A stretch of DNA of 64,000 nucleotides from NCBI GenBank assembly GCA_016718275.1, contig JADKEA010000003.1:15651-79650 (forward strand), read 5' to 3'. This DNA is from Candidatus Villigracilis affinis (lineage in GTDB: Bacteria; Chloroflexota; Anaerolineae; Anaerolineales; Villigracilaceae). The notes beneath the pieces were generated by a model that was not told the origin of the DNA, ran no database searches, and saw nothing but the letters and a program-made list of their open reading frames with translations. The translations under genes and the position numbers were made by a program. Below, one piece after another: positions 28,457-38,848 of this stretch. Position 1 is the stretch's first letter, and each line of letters starts with the position of its first letter.

Positions 28457-29354
28457 ACTTTATTTCACCATTCAACTGCTTGATCTTGATGAATAACTCG
28501 CGCCACTGGATCTTGGAGACCCCGAGTTTTTGGCGGATGCTATCCGCCTCGATGCCTGCTTGATAATCACGCAGGGCGCATGTCCAGCGGCACATATCGA
28601 AGGAGAGGTGCTTGGTGAGGCCTGCTTCTGCGCCGATATCCTCTAATAGATATTCCAACCTGCGCGGAGACCATGCGAAGACCTGGTCAACGGGTTGATA
28701 TTGTGCGAGATATTCCTTGTACGCGTCGATCCAATCTTCGGTAAGCTGTATTTTGCGTTCCTTGTAGCGGTTGGCCGGGCTGGCATATCGGATAAAGACA
28801 TGCGGTCCGTTCTTGGCTTCGAGGTCAATGTGATTGATATGGATGCCAAGGCATTCACTTTTCTTAATGCCTGTTGTAAGCAGCAGATATACAAGCGTAT
28901 AAGAGCGGGCATCTGGTTTGGCAGATCGTCGGTGGCGGTCTGCGGCAAGCAGGACGGCTTCGTATTCCTGATCGGTCAGCACCTGTGGAAGCGGACTGAT
29001 GGCCGAGCGTTGCAGTACTTTTTCGGCGGGGTCCAAGACCAGCGAACCATGTTGATGCAGCCAGCGGAAGAATGACTTGATCGAAGTGATGCGCCGTGAC
29101 AAAGTCTTTGGGCTGCATGGGATTCCGCGCTCTTTTTCCATCCATGTGAAGAAGCGGTTGAGGTCTTCAGTGGTAATGGAGCCGATGGTTTGGTCTGGGG
29201 CGAGGAATTGGGTGAGCAGACGAACATCTGAAAGAAATGCCTTGACCGTGTTGGTGGAGCGTCCCTGGTCGTACATGAACATTTCCCAGCCATTGATGGC
29301 GGCAGGGAGCAGGGTCTTGGCTGAAATATGTGCTGAATCGGGTGTTTTTGCCAT
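28455..29354 (-). CDS. Tyrosine-recombinase (XerC/D, phage-integrase) family protein with an apparently degenerate active site.
   Basis: The N-terminal SAM-like core-binding region (TVKAFLSDVRLLTQFL...) and the catalytic-domain architecture are present. The positions I align to Arg-I (TTGIKKSE) and to the nucleophilic Tyr (RELFIKI) read K and F. Confidence 0.65.
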   Translation of the reverse strand: MAKTPDSAHISAKTLLPAAINGWEMFMYDQGRSTNTVKAFLSDVRLLTQFLAPDQTIGSITTEDLNRFFTWMEKERGIPCSPKTLSRRITSIKSFFRWLHQHGSLVLDPAEKVLQRSAISPLPQVLTDQEYEAVLLAADRHRRSAKPDARSYTLVYLLLTTGIKKSECLGIHINHIDLEAKNGPHVFIRYASPANRYKERKIQLTEDWIDAYKEYLAQYQPVDQVFAWSPRRLEYLLEDIGAEAGLTKHLSFDMCRWTCALRDYQAGIEADSIRQKLGVSKIQWRELFIKIKQLNGEIK

Positions 29355-29502
29355 TGGTCTTCCTTGCGCTCTAGCGCATAGTCTTTTCGTATAGTTTAGC
29401 GAATATGGGAGAGGTTGTCAACGGGGGAAGTTGAATCTGTAATGTAGCTTTAAGCAAGGGATTTGGCGTTGTTTAGGTTGAGTTGTGGCGCGCAAACCAT
29501 GT

Positions 29503-31017
29503 TTAGTGCGATAGATCCTGGGGTTGAAAGCAGGCTTCGTAGTCATAGCCGAGCACGACGCGGTATTGCACTGTGCTGTTTGCGTCGGGTAGGGAAATTA
29601 CATTTGCAGAATACAGGTTGAGGGCTGTGATGATCGTCTCTCTTTGAGCAGGATCCTGCCCGGGAGTGAAATCCACGATCACCGAGTTGGCATAGTCGCG
29701 GCGGTCGGCATTCGAAATAATGGTTTGGTAGCCCGCGTAATTCAGGCGCGACGCGGCGAGGGCATCCAGTGTGTCGGTGGGGGAACCGTTTTGCACCTCG
29801 ACAGTAACCGATTCACGCTGGGCGGCAAAGGTGGAAAGGGTGGTGGCTTCAATGAGCATTTGACTGAGCTCGGCTTCATTTGGCAGCAAAACCGCTGCGC
29901 CAGCAGGTGTGGTCCACGAGCTGACGTAGGGCGGACGAATGAAGTAGCCGCGAATATTGGCGTTTGTAAAGTTGACGGCGTAAGGCGACATAAGCAGCAT
30001 GTCGGCAAGGCTCATGTCGGTGATAACCGTACTCGAAAAATCGTTGTAGAGCTGCGGGATCTTGCTGAAGGTATCCGTTTGCAGCGCTTTTTGGAAAATA
30101 TAGCGCAATACTTCCTGCTGACGGCGGCCTCGGTCAAAATCAGATGACTTGGAACGGGAGCGTGCATACCAAAGCGCGAGGTCGCCATCCATATGAACCT
30201 GACCGGGGCCGACGGTGTAAAGCCACCAGTTGTTTTCATCGTAAATGTCGAGAGTCGGTTCGATCAAGCGCCAGTCGGTATAGGCGCAGGCAACAGGGAC
30301 TTCGATGCCGCCAAGGGTATCCACAATGCGGCGGAAGCCGTCGAATTCCACCATGGCCGTGTGGTCGATACGGATGCCAAGATTGTATGTGACTGTGTCT
30401 TTTAGCAAGCCCGGGCCACCGCCTACGTAGCCGCCGATCTCTCCGCTTTGATAAGCGGTATTGATGCGCTGCATCCCGACGGTTGGAATGTAGATCCACA
30501 GATCGCGCGGGATCGAAATGAGCGAGACCTGTCCCTCCTTGGGCCAGACGATGGCAATAACCAGCGTGTCGGTACGATAGGAGGAACCGGGACGTTTATC
30601 CGAGCCGATGAGCAGGAAGTTGATCGTCTCGTTATCGGTGAGCGGAGGTAAAGCAGTTGGAGTGACATCAACAATTTCAACAATTGGCGGGGCAGCTACG
30701 GTTGGAAAAAGCTGATTAAAATCCACGGTTGCGGTGGAGTCTGAAGGCGGCGAAGATGTGGGGGACGGCGTTTCGGTGGGCAGAATCACGGTGGGAGGTA
30801 CAGGCGTGACTGTATCCGCGGGGACCGATAATACTGATGCCTGCGTGGGCGTATTGAGTGATGGTTGAAACGGTGTGGGGGTGGGGGATGGATTTGGCGC
30901 GGATGTAATTAATATAAATGGCAGAGGTGCTGGTTCCACCACTTGGGCAGGCGCCCCACATGCAGAAGACAAAATCGAAAGGAGTATGAGCGACAAAAAA
31001 AAGGAATAGGGTTTCAT
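29503..31017 (-). CDS. LCP family (LytR-CpsA-Psr) cell-wall glycopolymer transferase.
   Basis: Signal or anchor sequence, a Pro/Thr-rich linker, the LCP core INFLLIGSDKRPG...RTDTLVIAIV...SIPRDL, and a C-terminal LytR_C-like domain. Confidence 0.85.
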   Translation of the reverse strand: MKPYSFFLSLILLSILSSACGAPAQVVEPAPLPFILITSAPNPSPTPTPFQPSLNTPTQASVLSVPADTVTPVPPTVILPTETPSPTSSPPSDSTATVDFNQLFPTVAAPPIVEIVDVTPTALPPLTDNETINFLLIGSDKRPGSSYRTDTLVIAIVWPKEGQVSLISIPRDLWIYIPTVGMQRINTAYQSGEIGGYVGGGPGLLKDTVTYNLGIRIDHTAMVEFDGFRRIVDTLGGIEVPVACAYTDWRLIEPTLDIYDENNWWLYTVGPGQVHMDGDLALWYARSRSKSSDFDRGRRQQEVLRYIFQKALQTDTFSKIPQLYNDFSSTVITDMSLADMLLMSPYAVNFTNANIRGYFIRPPYVSSWTTPAGAAVLLPNEAELSQMLIEATTLSTFAAQRESVTVEVQNGSPTDTLDALAASRLNYAGYQTIISNADRRDYANSVIVDFTPGQDPAQRETIITALNLYSANVISLPDANSTVQYRVVLGYDYEACFQPQDLSH

Positions 31018-31096
31018 CTATGAGGGCGCTTTTCCGACAGGATGCAACAAATATACCACCCGCCGGGCGGGCGCGAACCTTAATTCATTTTGCCGA

Positions 31097-31927
31097 TCAT
31101 GGCGGGAATGGTGTGGGGCTGGCTGTCAACGTAGGTAAATTTGTCGACGTTGCTGTGGCAGGAACTGTAGGTGTGGGTGTCGCTGTGGGCGGTATGGGCG
31201 TGATTGTGAGCACAGTTGTAGCTGTGTAAGGCAGGGCAGTTTCTGTCAGTAACTGAGTCGGGGCCGTGGTCACGGTGCTGCCTGGCAATGGAGTTGGGAA
31301 GGGCGTACGTGTGGCGACATTTGGAACCCACAATACCTCGCCCGTACGGATCAAGTCGGTGCTCAGGCAGTTGACACTCTTCAATAAGCCAGCCGTTGAA
31401 TAGTGGTTTAACGCGATCGCATAAATGGTATCACCCGCCTTGACGATATAAGAATTTATCCAGCCAGAAGCGCCCTTAACGCAGGCAGGAACAGTGCTTG
31501 TCATCACGGCAGGCGCATACAAAATGGAACCTGCTACGAGATTATCGCTGATCAAACAATTTCCAACGCGAAGCGATTCCTTGGTAGTGCGATATTGCTG
31601 GGCAATGCCATCCAGGGTCTGACCAGCCTGAACGATCACCTGACTCCAGCCAGCGGGGGGCAGGCACGAGACCGGCGGCGGCGGGGTGGATGTCGATGTA
31701 GGGGCTGGGCTGGGAGTGGGAGATTCGGGGCCTGCGGTCTGGGTGATCGTAGGGACCAATGTAAACGTGGCGGTCAGCGGAGCGGGCGAAGGAAATAAAA
31801 AGTTTGTGGGGGTGGGAGCGGCCTGCGGCACAAATTCCACAAGCGAAATGGATAATGCCCCGACCGTCAAACCGATCGAGATCAGGGCTACCACCAGCGC
31901 GTTTCTGAGATCGCGCATGCCTTGCAT
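31097..31927 (-). CDS. LysM domain-containing protein (two LysM repeats).
   Basis: VIVQAGQTLDGIAQQY...VGN and YIVKAGDTIYAIALNH...SVN repeats, an N-terminal TM segment, and Pro/Thr-rich linkers. The start overlaps the kinase stop (TAATG). Confidence 0.8.
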   Translation of the reverse strand: MQGMRDLRNALVVALISIGLTVGALSISLVEFVPQAAPTPTNFLFPSPAPLTATFTLVPTITQTAGPESPTPSPAPTSTSTPPPPVSCLPPAGWSQVIVQAGQTLDGIAQQYRTTKESLRVGNCLISDNLVAGSILYAPAVMTSTVPACVKGASGWINSYIVKAGDTIYAIALNHYSTAGLLKSVNCLSTDLIRTGEVLWVPNVATRTPFPTPLPGSTVTTAPTQLLTETALPYTATTVLTITPIPPTATPTPTVPATATSTNLPTLTASPTPFPP

Positions 31928-34299
31928 TATTTCTTTCCTTTAGGCTTGGTTTTGGATTTACTTTCTGCACCGCCGGCAATGGGCAGCAACACACTGAATG
32001 TCGAACCTGTGTCCTGTTCGCTTTCCACCCAGATGCGGCCATGCTGGGCCTCGGTGAGGGTCTTTGCGATGGAAAGGCCGACGCCCGTATCGCCGACGCC
32101 TTGGATCAAAACGTTGTCCGCACGATAAAGGCGGGTGAACACACGCGGCAATTCATTTGCTGGAATTCCACCGCCGCTGTCTGTCACCTGGATGAGGATG
32201 AATTCGGTATTTTCCTCGCTTCGTGTCTGGACCTTGAGCCTGACCGTGCCTTCGAACGGAGTCGCCGCCCCTGCATTTTGCAGCAGGTGAATGAGTATCT
32301 GTTGCAAAGCCTCGCGGTCAGCATGGATCGGCGAAAGTGTCTTCGGTAATTCGAGGTGCATGGAAATATTCTTTTCACGCACCTGCGTACTGGTGTAAGA
32401 CATGGCATTGTCGATGATCGCATTCAAATCCACGGCTTCGGGGTTGAGATCGTTCAACTCCGCTTCCAATGTTGTGATCTGGATCATGTCATCGGTCAAG
32501 CTGCGGATGCGTTCCGTCGAAGCCTTAACGCGTTCCACGAACTTGCGCTGCAACGCGCCCAGAATGCCCACCGATTCGCCCAACAGCAGGTCGGTATATC
32601 CGACGATGGATGACAAAGGCTGGCGCAATTCCTGCGCAATGGAAGCGACGACTTCCGCCTGTTCCGTGCTTTTGACGGCCACATGACCTTTTTCCAACTC
32701 GCGAGTCTTCATGTTAGCTTCCATGAGTTGGTTCTGCAAATAAGCGACTTCCTGCAGGGTGGTCCTCAATTCCTGCTCGATCTGGGTTGCGGAATATGAA
32801 CCTGGCTGCAGGCTCTTGCCTGAACGCAGTTCGCCGTTTTCAAGTTGTAACTGCTCAATGATACGCTGAGATTCTTCCTGTGCTTGAAGCAGGGAAGCCA
32901 TTTCCACAGAGCCAGCCTTTTGTACTTCGGCTTGCGCTTTCTCCAGTTCATCGGTTAGTTCGCGCACACGGCGTTCCAGATCGGCAACCTGTAAAAGCGC
33001 TTCACTGCTTTGCGCTTCCATTTTGTTGACCTTCTGGCTGCGCTTGATGATCGGTACGAGCGATGTGGCGATATTGGAGAGATAAGCTTGGTCTTCGGCT
33101 GTCCAGGTGCGGTCGGAATAGGGAGAGAGTAAAAGAATTCCACCCAGAGATTCCTTTTCTGGCGTCAGGATCGGCACACTCAAAAGATGACCAGGGTTGG
33201 TCAGCCCGAGAATATCGCTCAAGCCTTTAATATCGGCCGAGGTGCTGCTCGAAGGCATTCGCAACGGGCGTCCACGCTGCAGTGAATTTGCCAGCATGGG
33301 GATCGAACCTTTGTTGAGCGAGCCGCCGTCCAGTGTGTCTTCGCGGATCAAGTCATAACCGCCTGCGATGGCGAGTTGATTGTTACTGTCGTTCAGATAG
33401 ATCATAAAGCACAGATCAGAAAGCATGGTCTGTGCAATTGCGCGTGTAATGGCCTGACTTACTTTTGTTGGATTCGTCTCAGCCGCCAGCGCAAGCATGG
33501 CGTGGAAGGTCTTCGGGTCCGTGCTGTAGCGTCTGCGTTCCCCAAGATCATCCTGTTTCTGCGCCGCCTGTCTTGTGGAGGATTCATTGACAGATTGGGT
33601 GGAAGAGAAACGCTGTGGCAGTGTCAGCAGAATCGGATATGCCACCATATAAGCGAGTCGGACAATGCCCGAGTAATTTCCATCGCTTGCCACAAGCAAA
33701 TGTCCCACATGACCAAGAGCACCGATTCCCAACAAGACAATTCCATACCACATGCCGTCTGGCTTGCGGACGAATAAAATGGAAATCCCGATCAGCGCAG
33801 CAAGGATGGAGCCGATCTGCCAGAACAAATCGTCGGCAGTCTGGTTATAGGTCACTGTTGTGATCTGCGGCTGCCAGGTGAGCAAACTTAGTCCAAGCGC
33901 CGTAAGCACCAACAGACTCAATAAAACCGCCGCAGCATCTGCGGGGCGGCTGGGTTCAGGAAAGGCGTAAACCCATGTGATCCAGATAATTCCAAAAACG
34001 ATGAAGGCCCGATCCATGGGGGGCAGGATCGCATTTGGGTCGATCAAATCCTGCCAGCCAAGTCCGCTGAACACGAACATGATCACTTGTGCGGCAAGCA
34101 AAACACCGAGCCCGACCAGGGCCCGTCTTGCTTGTGGATACTCACTTGCCCGCCAATGATTGAACGCCGATTGAAGCGCACTGGCCACGGCAAACACCAG
34201 CACAACATAATAGACCAGGTTGCCTGGTGATATGGTTAGTAATTCAAGGATTTGACTGATAAATGGGCTCATTTCAACTTTATTATACTGCCAGTTCAA
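31927..34299 (-). CDS. Multi-TM sensor histidine kinase (membrane domain + GAF + coiled coil + HisKA + HATPase_c).
   Basis: 790 aa. It contains an H-box-like SIAQELRQPLSSIVGY, N-box ILIHLLQNA, and G-boxes DSGGGI and GVGLSIA. An alternative start is ATG 34272. Confidence 0.85.
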   Translation of the reverse strand: MNWQYNKVEMSPFISQILELLTISPGNLVYYVVLVFAVASALQSAFNHWRASEYPQARRALVGLGVLLAAQVIMFVFSGLGWQDLIDPNAILPPMDRAFIVFGIIWITWVYAFPEPSRPADAAAVLLSLLVLTALGLSLLTWQPQITTVTYNQTADDLFWQIGSILAALIGISILFVRKPDGMWYGIVLLGIGALGHVGHLLVASDGNYSGIVRLAYMVAYPILLTLPQRFSSTQSVNESSTRQAAQKQDDLGERRRYSTDPKTFHAMLALAAETNPTKVSQAITRAIAQTMLSDLCFMIYLNDSNNQLAIAGGYDLIREDTLDGGSLNKGSIPMLANSLQRGRPLRMPSSSTSADIKGLSDILGLTNPGHLLSVPILTPEKESLGGILLLSPYSDRTWTAEDQAYLSNIATSLVPIIKRSQKVNKMEAQSSEALLQVADLERRVRELTDELEKAQAEVQKAGSVEMASLLQAQEESQRIIEQLQLENGELRSGKSLQPGSYSATQIEQELRTTLQEVAYLQNQLMEANMKTRELEKGHVAVKSTEQAEVVASIAQELRQPLSSIVGYTDLLLGESVGILGALQRKFVERVKASTERIRSLTDDMIQITTLEAELNDLNPEAVDLNAIIDNAMSYTSTQVREKNISMHLELPKTLSPIHADREALQQILIHLLQNAGAATPFEGTVRLKVQTRSEENTEFILIQVTDSGGGIPANELPRVFTRLYRADNVLIQGVGDTGVGLSIAKTLTEAQHGRIWVESEQDTGSTFSVLLPIAGGAESKSKTKPKGKK

Positions 34300-34335
34300 A
34301 AAAATATGGTTCGCTCACGTATAATTACCATTACA

Positions 34336-35736
34336 ATGCTGAATAAAAAGATCGTCATTCCCGTTGCGATTGCAGCGGTTCTCGCCGCCATTTTTTTGCC
34401 GATCCTGTTCACAGGTCAAAATGCGCTGAAACGCGCCGATGCCGAATTTGCCGCGCAAAATTATGCCGAATCCGCGAAATCCTACGAACGGGCGGCGCGC
34501 TTCCTTTTCTGGCGTGAAGACCTGTGGGAAAAAGCGGGAATTGCAGCGGCGAAAAACGAAAATCCAACCCAAGCCATCGATCTTTTTGCGCACGCATCCA
34601 CACTCTCTGAAGAAGGTTGGGTATGGTTGGGGTCATCGTATTTGTCGTTGGGCGAGCTTGATTCGGCGGCCACGGCATTTCAGGCGGGTTTGAAAAATCA
34701 TAATTCGCCCATGTTGTATGGTCTGCTGGCTTTCACCTATCGTCAGCAAAAAAATTGGGAGGCCGAACGCAGCGCATTGGAATCTCAATTGCTGTTGGAT
34801 ATAAATGGGGGAGATGTCTACGCCCGATACAGACTCGGCCTCTTGTTGAGTGTTTTAGAGCCCGAACAGGCTCTTTCCAATTTAATGCTCGCTTCCTCCC
34901 TTAACCCTGAGTTTGATCCCGCAGTGCAGACATTGCGCACCGCCTTGAATTTATCTGCCACACAACCCGACGCCTCCCAGCAAATGGTCACCATGGGCCG
35001 TGCCCTCGGGCTCGTGCAAGAGTGGGAATTAGCCATGACTGCATTTGAGAAAGCCATTTCCATTGACGCCGAGAATGCCGAGGCGTGGGCGTGGCTCGGC
35101 GAAGCAAAACAGCAGATCGGTCAAGGTGGGATCGTGGAATTGGATCAGGCAGTCGCGTTGGATCATACATCCGTCATTGTCCGCGCTTTGCGTGGATTGT
35201 ATTGGCGGCGTCAGGAAAAATATTCGCAGATGCTGGCCGAGTATTTGCTGGCCGCCGAATACGACCCAACCAACCCCACTTGGCAGGCAGAGATCGGCAA
35301 CGCACACATCAAACGTGGCGACCTTGTCTCTGCATTTACGGCATATCAACAAGCCGCCGAACTCGCACCGAATGACCCGACCTATTGGCGTTTGCTGGCG
35401 GTCTTTTGCGCCGAAAATACTGTGCACTTGGAAGATGTAGGGTTGCCCGCTGCAGAAAAAGCCGTCGAACTTGCACCGAACGACCCGCTTGCCCTGGATG
35501 CATTGGGTTGGTCTTATCTTGCTTCGGGCAGGTTTGCCAATGCCGAAAATGTCTTCATGGATTTGATCGCGCGTTTCCCCGATCATTTGCAGGCCCATAT
35601 TCACCTTGCCCTCACTTATCTTTCGATGGGTAATCGAGAAGCCGCTTTTGAAAAATTGAATTTCGTAAAAAACACCGACCCTGCAGGTCAATACGGCCAG
35701 GAAGCTGGGCGGCTGCTTCAACAATATTTTCCGTAA
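34336..35736 (+). CDS. TPR-repeat protein with an N-terminal membrane anchor.
   Basis: Multiple 34-aa TPR-like repeats (A..Y..A..L.P.). ATG 34336 is preferred, with 34306 and 34252 possible. Confidence 0.8.
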   Translation: MLNKKIVIPVAIAAVLAAIFLPILFTGQNALKRADAEFAAQNYAESAKSYERAARFLFWREDLWEKAGIAAAKNENPTQAIDLFAHASTLSEEGWVWLGSSYLSLGELDSAATAFQAGLKNHNSPMLYGLLAFTYRQQKNWEAERSALESQLLLDINGGDVYARYRLGLLLSVLEPEQALSNLMLASSLNPEFDPAVQTLRTALNLSATQPDASQQMVTMGRALGLVQEWELAMTAFEKAISIDAENAEAWAWLGEAKQQIGQGGIVELDQAVALDHTSVIVRALRGLYWRRQEKYSQMLAEYLLAAEYDPTNPTWQAEIGNAHIKRGDLVSAFTAYQQAAELAPNDPTYWRLLAVFCAENTVHLEDVGLPAAEKAVELAPNDPLALDALGWSYLASGRFANAENVFMDLIARFPDHLQAHIHLALTYLSMGNREAAFEKLNFVKNTDPAGQYGQEAGRLLQQYFP

Positions 35737-35738
35737 AA

Positions 35739-35774
35739 AACATTCAGTCGAGGCCAAGCCTCGACTGAATGTTT
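35739..35774. terminator. Bidirectional terminator.
   Basis: aacattcagtcgaggc-caa-gcctcgactgaatgtt, a ~16-bp perfect stem. Confidence 0.8.
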
Positions 35775-35867
35775 AATGGTATTTGCATTGAGTGTAATTG
35801 AAGTATTGCTATAAAACACCCTTCGACTGCGCCGCGAAGAACATGCGACTCTGTTCAGGTGGGTAAG

Positions 35868-37061
35868 TTATTTTTTTCTTTCCACTTTCACCAACTCAGA
35901 TTCGACGAAGGGTTCACGGGTTTCGAAGTTGAAGCGTTTGAAAACTTCGGGGTACATGGCTACGATCTGTTCGCGGGTAAAGCCCATGCTTTCGTACGAG
36001 TAGGCGTGGTCGCTGTTGAAGGTGAGGGTTTCTTTCACGGCCTGGTCAATGATAACGGGCAGGCCAGGTTTATCAGGATAGCCGAACTGTTCATAGAACG
36101 CGCGGATGACGGTCTCCGGGCGCTGGATCAGGTCATCGTATTTCATGATCAGGTGTCGGGGAGATGGATGCGCATCCAGATATTGAAGCGGGTGACTGTA
36201 CCAGTGTTGGGTCATGTCCACGATCTCGTCGATGTAAAAGAATCCTTCGCCTGGATCGGTGAATTGCCGCCTTGCGTAATTGATCCACGAAATGGTGGAG
36301 GGGAGCATATCCAGCGGATTACGGGCGAGATAAATGATGCGCGCTTCGGGGAAGAATTCGGCGAGCGTTTCGATCTTTGCACTGAAAGCGGGATTCTTCG
36401 CTACGAAATATTTTTTGCCGTTCGCATACATGTGCCGCTGAATCATGGAGCGGTAGAAGGTCATGATACGTTTTTTGTGTGCGGGGCTGAGCGCTTCATC
36501 GAAATGCTGATAATTGGGCATCTCATCCATGAAAGGGAAGAGGAAAGTGACGAAGTAGCCGTCCCAGATATGCAGGTGGATGTTCTCGTCCTCTTCGGGT
36601 TGGAAGAAGGAGATGGGATGAATCTTGATCTTGCCGAGGGTGGCGGCATCGAATTTATAGAGCAGTTTGTGTAGTGTGCCGCTGAGGTATTTGTTATCGA
36701 GCCTTGCGATGAGCTGCGTGAATTTCTTTTGTGTAACAGAGGGGGTGAGATAAATATCCCACGTGGTCAGGCTGGTGAAGGTTTCCGTATCCCTTGAGAG
36801 CAGACGATGCAAAAAGGTCGATCCGCTGCGGAGGTTGCCGAGGATGAAAAGCGGTTTTTCGATGGGATGGTTTTTGTAAGCGGGGAAGAGGATGTCATCG
36901 AGCGCAAAGCAGAACCAGTGTACCAGTCCGCCGATGGGCCAGACGAGATAGAAAAGGGCGAGGAAAATGATTCTTTTTCGGGTGAGGCGGGCTGTGGTGT
37001 TTTTTGAGTCGAAGAATGATCGATAGAAGGTGCGCCAAAACAGGCGGAAGTTATATTTCAT
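35868..37061 (-). CDS. Sulfotransferase family protein.
   Basis: PAPS 5'-phosphosulfate-binding loop ILGNLRSGSTFLHRLL. 397 aa with an N-terminal hydrophobic segment. Confidence 0.8.
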   Translation of the reverse strand: MKYNFRLFWRTFYRSFFDSKNTTARLTRKRIIFLALFYLVWPIGGLVHWFCFALDDILFPAYKNHPIEKPLFILGNLRSGSTFLHRLLSRDTETFTSLTTWDIYLTPSVTQKKFTQLIARLDNKYLSGTLHKLLYKFDAATLGKIKIHPISFFQPEEDENIHLHIWDGYFVTFLFPFMDEMPNYQHFDEALSPAHKKRIMTFYRSMIQRHMYANGKKYFVAKNPAFSAKIETLAEFFPEARIIYLARNPLDMLPSTISWINYARRQFTDPGEGFFYIDEIVDMTQHWYSHPLQYLDAHPSPRHLIMKYDDLIQRPETVIRAFYEQFGYPDKPGLPVIIDQAVKETLTFNSDHAYSYESMGFTREQIVAMYPEVFKRFNFETREPFVESELVKVERKK

Positions 37062-37190
37062 TCAGGGCGAGATCCTTGCATGTGATAAGTACATTCAAAA
37101 AGGCCGATGGCCTTTGAGTATTCTATCACCAATTATTGAGGCGGGTTGTCCTGAATTTGGCAATAAGATTCGAAAGTTTTTGGCTGGGGT

Positions 37191-37280
<90 letters not shown>

Positions 37281-37418
37281 TTGTAGATGGGAGTTGTATT
37301 GGAGTTTTAATTGGACGGTGTTTTTTGTAAATACCTGACATTAATTCTCGAAACGCCAAATCATTCATGGAGGACTTATCGAGTCTGGCTGGGGGAAAAT
37401 CTCTTTCAAGGATACACT

Positions 37419-38034
37419 TTACCAATCCCGATTCTGATAATCTTCCCAATCGCAGTCACCATCTTTATCTACATCACAATGAGTGCCATCCAGTGTGGAC
37501 ATGTAATCAATCTCATTCTGCGGGGCATCGATGTGTTTTAGCACTTCCAGTTGATAGCCGTTACAGAAGCGCTCGATCTCCACGCCGCTGTACACCTCGG
37601 CTGGGACAGGCTCGCCCGGGGTGCTCATTTTGGTAGCGGGTGTAGAGTTCTGAGTGGGTGGCGTCGTGCGCAATTGTAGAGGCGTACCAGGTCACGCTGT
37701 AAAACGCAGTGGCGTTGCCTACTTCGTAGCGCGGCGGAATCTCCCAGGCCCACATGCCGCTGTGTTGTCCCTGCTCGATGATGCCGACATAGGTCTGTAT
37801 TTTGGTGAAGGCTTCGGGGTCTTTTTCTTCCAGCAATGCCAGCGCAGCGCGGGTTTGTGTAATGAATTCGGGGTCCCCTTTAAGGGTGATGTTCCCGTAG
37901 ACCAGCGGATTGTCGTTCGTGCCAGTTGGTATCGCTGCCACGGTTTGCGTAGCAGGCGTGGATATTCCCACACACGCAATGCTGAATAACAGCAGGGTCA
38001 ACAAAACGAAAATGGGACGTTTCATCAGAATCAT
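37419..38034 (-). pseudogene. Secreted lipoprotein of unknown function, frame-disrupted (+1 nt) in the run cccgggg at 37615-37621.
   Basis: ORF 37561..38034 (lipobox FSIAC) continues in ORF 37419..37673 if one C/G is removed: ...YQNEHPG-EPVPAEVYSGVEIERFCNGYQLEVLKHIDAPQNEIDY... Confidence 0.65.
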
Positions 38035-38139
38035 TATCCCTCCAATCTCTGTGGTGGGTCATGACAACTTAATCCCAAAACATCCTGCTTATGAGTAGTA
38101 CAATTCCCTCATCTTTGAGAATAAACTTTGGAGGTAGCC

Positions 38140-38778
38140 ATGAGTGAATTGGATTATCAAACCGTGCAGGATTATCTCGTGTCCCTTGTTCCGCCGCGTG
38201 AAGCGGAATTGCTGGAGATGGAGGCCTACGCCGAGAAAAACGATTTCCCTATTATTGGTCCCGCGTGTGGATATTATTGCTACCAACTCGCGCGGATGGT
38301 CAACGCGAAGTCCGTATTTGAGTTGGGGTCGGGCTACGGATATTCCACGGCCTGGTTTGCGAAGGCGCTTGTGGAAACTGGCGGCGGTGTTGTGCATCAC
38401 ACTGTTTGGGATGAGGAACTGTCAAATCGGGCACGCAGGCACCTCGTTAAGATGGGATTCGCTGACCTTGTCCAGTTCCATATGGCGGAGGCGGTCGAGA
38501 CCCTTCGTCAAACTGATGGCCCGTTCGACATCATCTTTAACGATATTGACAAGCACGCCTATCCTGAGTCACTGCCTGTGATCAAAGAGAAATTGCGCAG
38601 CGGTGGATTGCTCATTATCGATAATATGCTCTGGCACGGACGTATTTTCGACAAAAAGGACGTTTCGCCTGCAACGCTCGGCGTGCATGAGTTCACCAAA
38701 CAAATTACGTCAGATAGCGACTGGATCGTCTCGCTCACGCCGATGCGTGATGGGATGATCGTCGCATATAAAAAGTAA
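38140..38778 (+). CDS. Class I SAM-dependent O-methyltransferase (caffeoyl-CoA OMT-like).
   Basis: SAM motif VFELGSGYGYST and a distal FNDIDK block. GGAGG lies 5 nt upstream of ATG 38140. Confidence 0.85.
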   Translation: MSELDYQTVQDYLVSLVPPREAELLEMEAYAEKNDFPIIGPACGYYCYQLARMVNAKSVFELGSGYGYSTAWFAKALVETGGGVVHHTVWDEELSNRARRHLVKMGFADLVQFHMAEAVETLRQTDGPFDIIFNDIDKHAYPESLPVIKEKLRSGGLLIIDNMLWHGRIFDKKDVSPATLGVHEFTKQITSDSDWIVSLTPMRDGMIVAYKK

Positions 38779-38808
38779 GGACACGGCGTTAGCGTGTCCG
38801 CATTTTAA
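38779..38808 (+). terminator. Hairpin terminator after the O-methyltransferase gene.
   Basis: ggacacg-gcgttag-cgtgtcc followed by gcatttt. Confidence 0.5.
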
Positions 38809-38848
38809 ATCATGGACGCAGTAACACCGCGCTCCAACAAAAGGATAC

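Noticed and set aside
35029-36674. ORFs 35029..35757(-) and 35859..36674(+) opposite the TPR and sulfotransferase genes.
   Set aside because: They are shadow ORFs. The sense frames carry the TPR repeats and the PAPS-binding loop.
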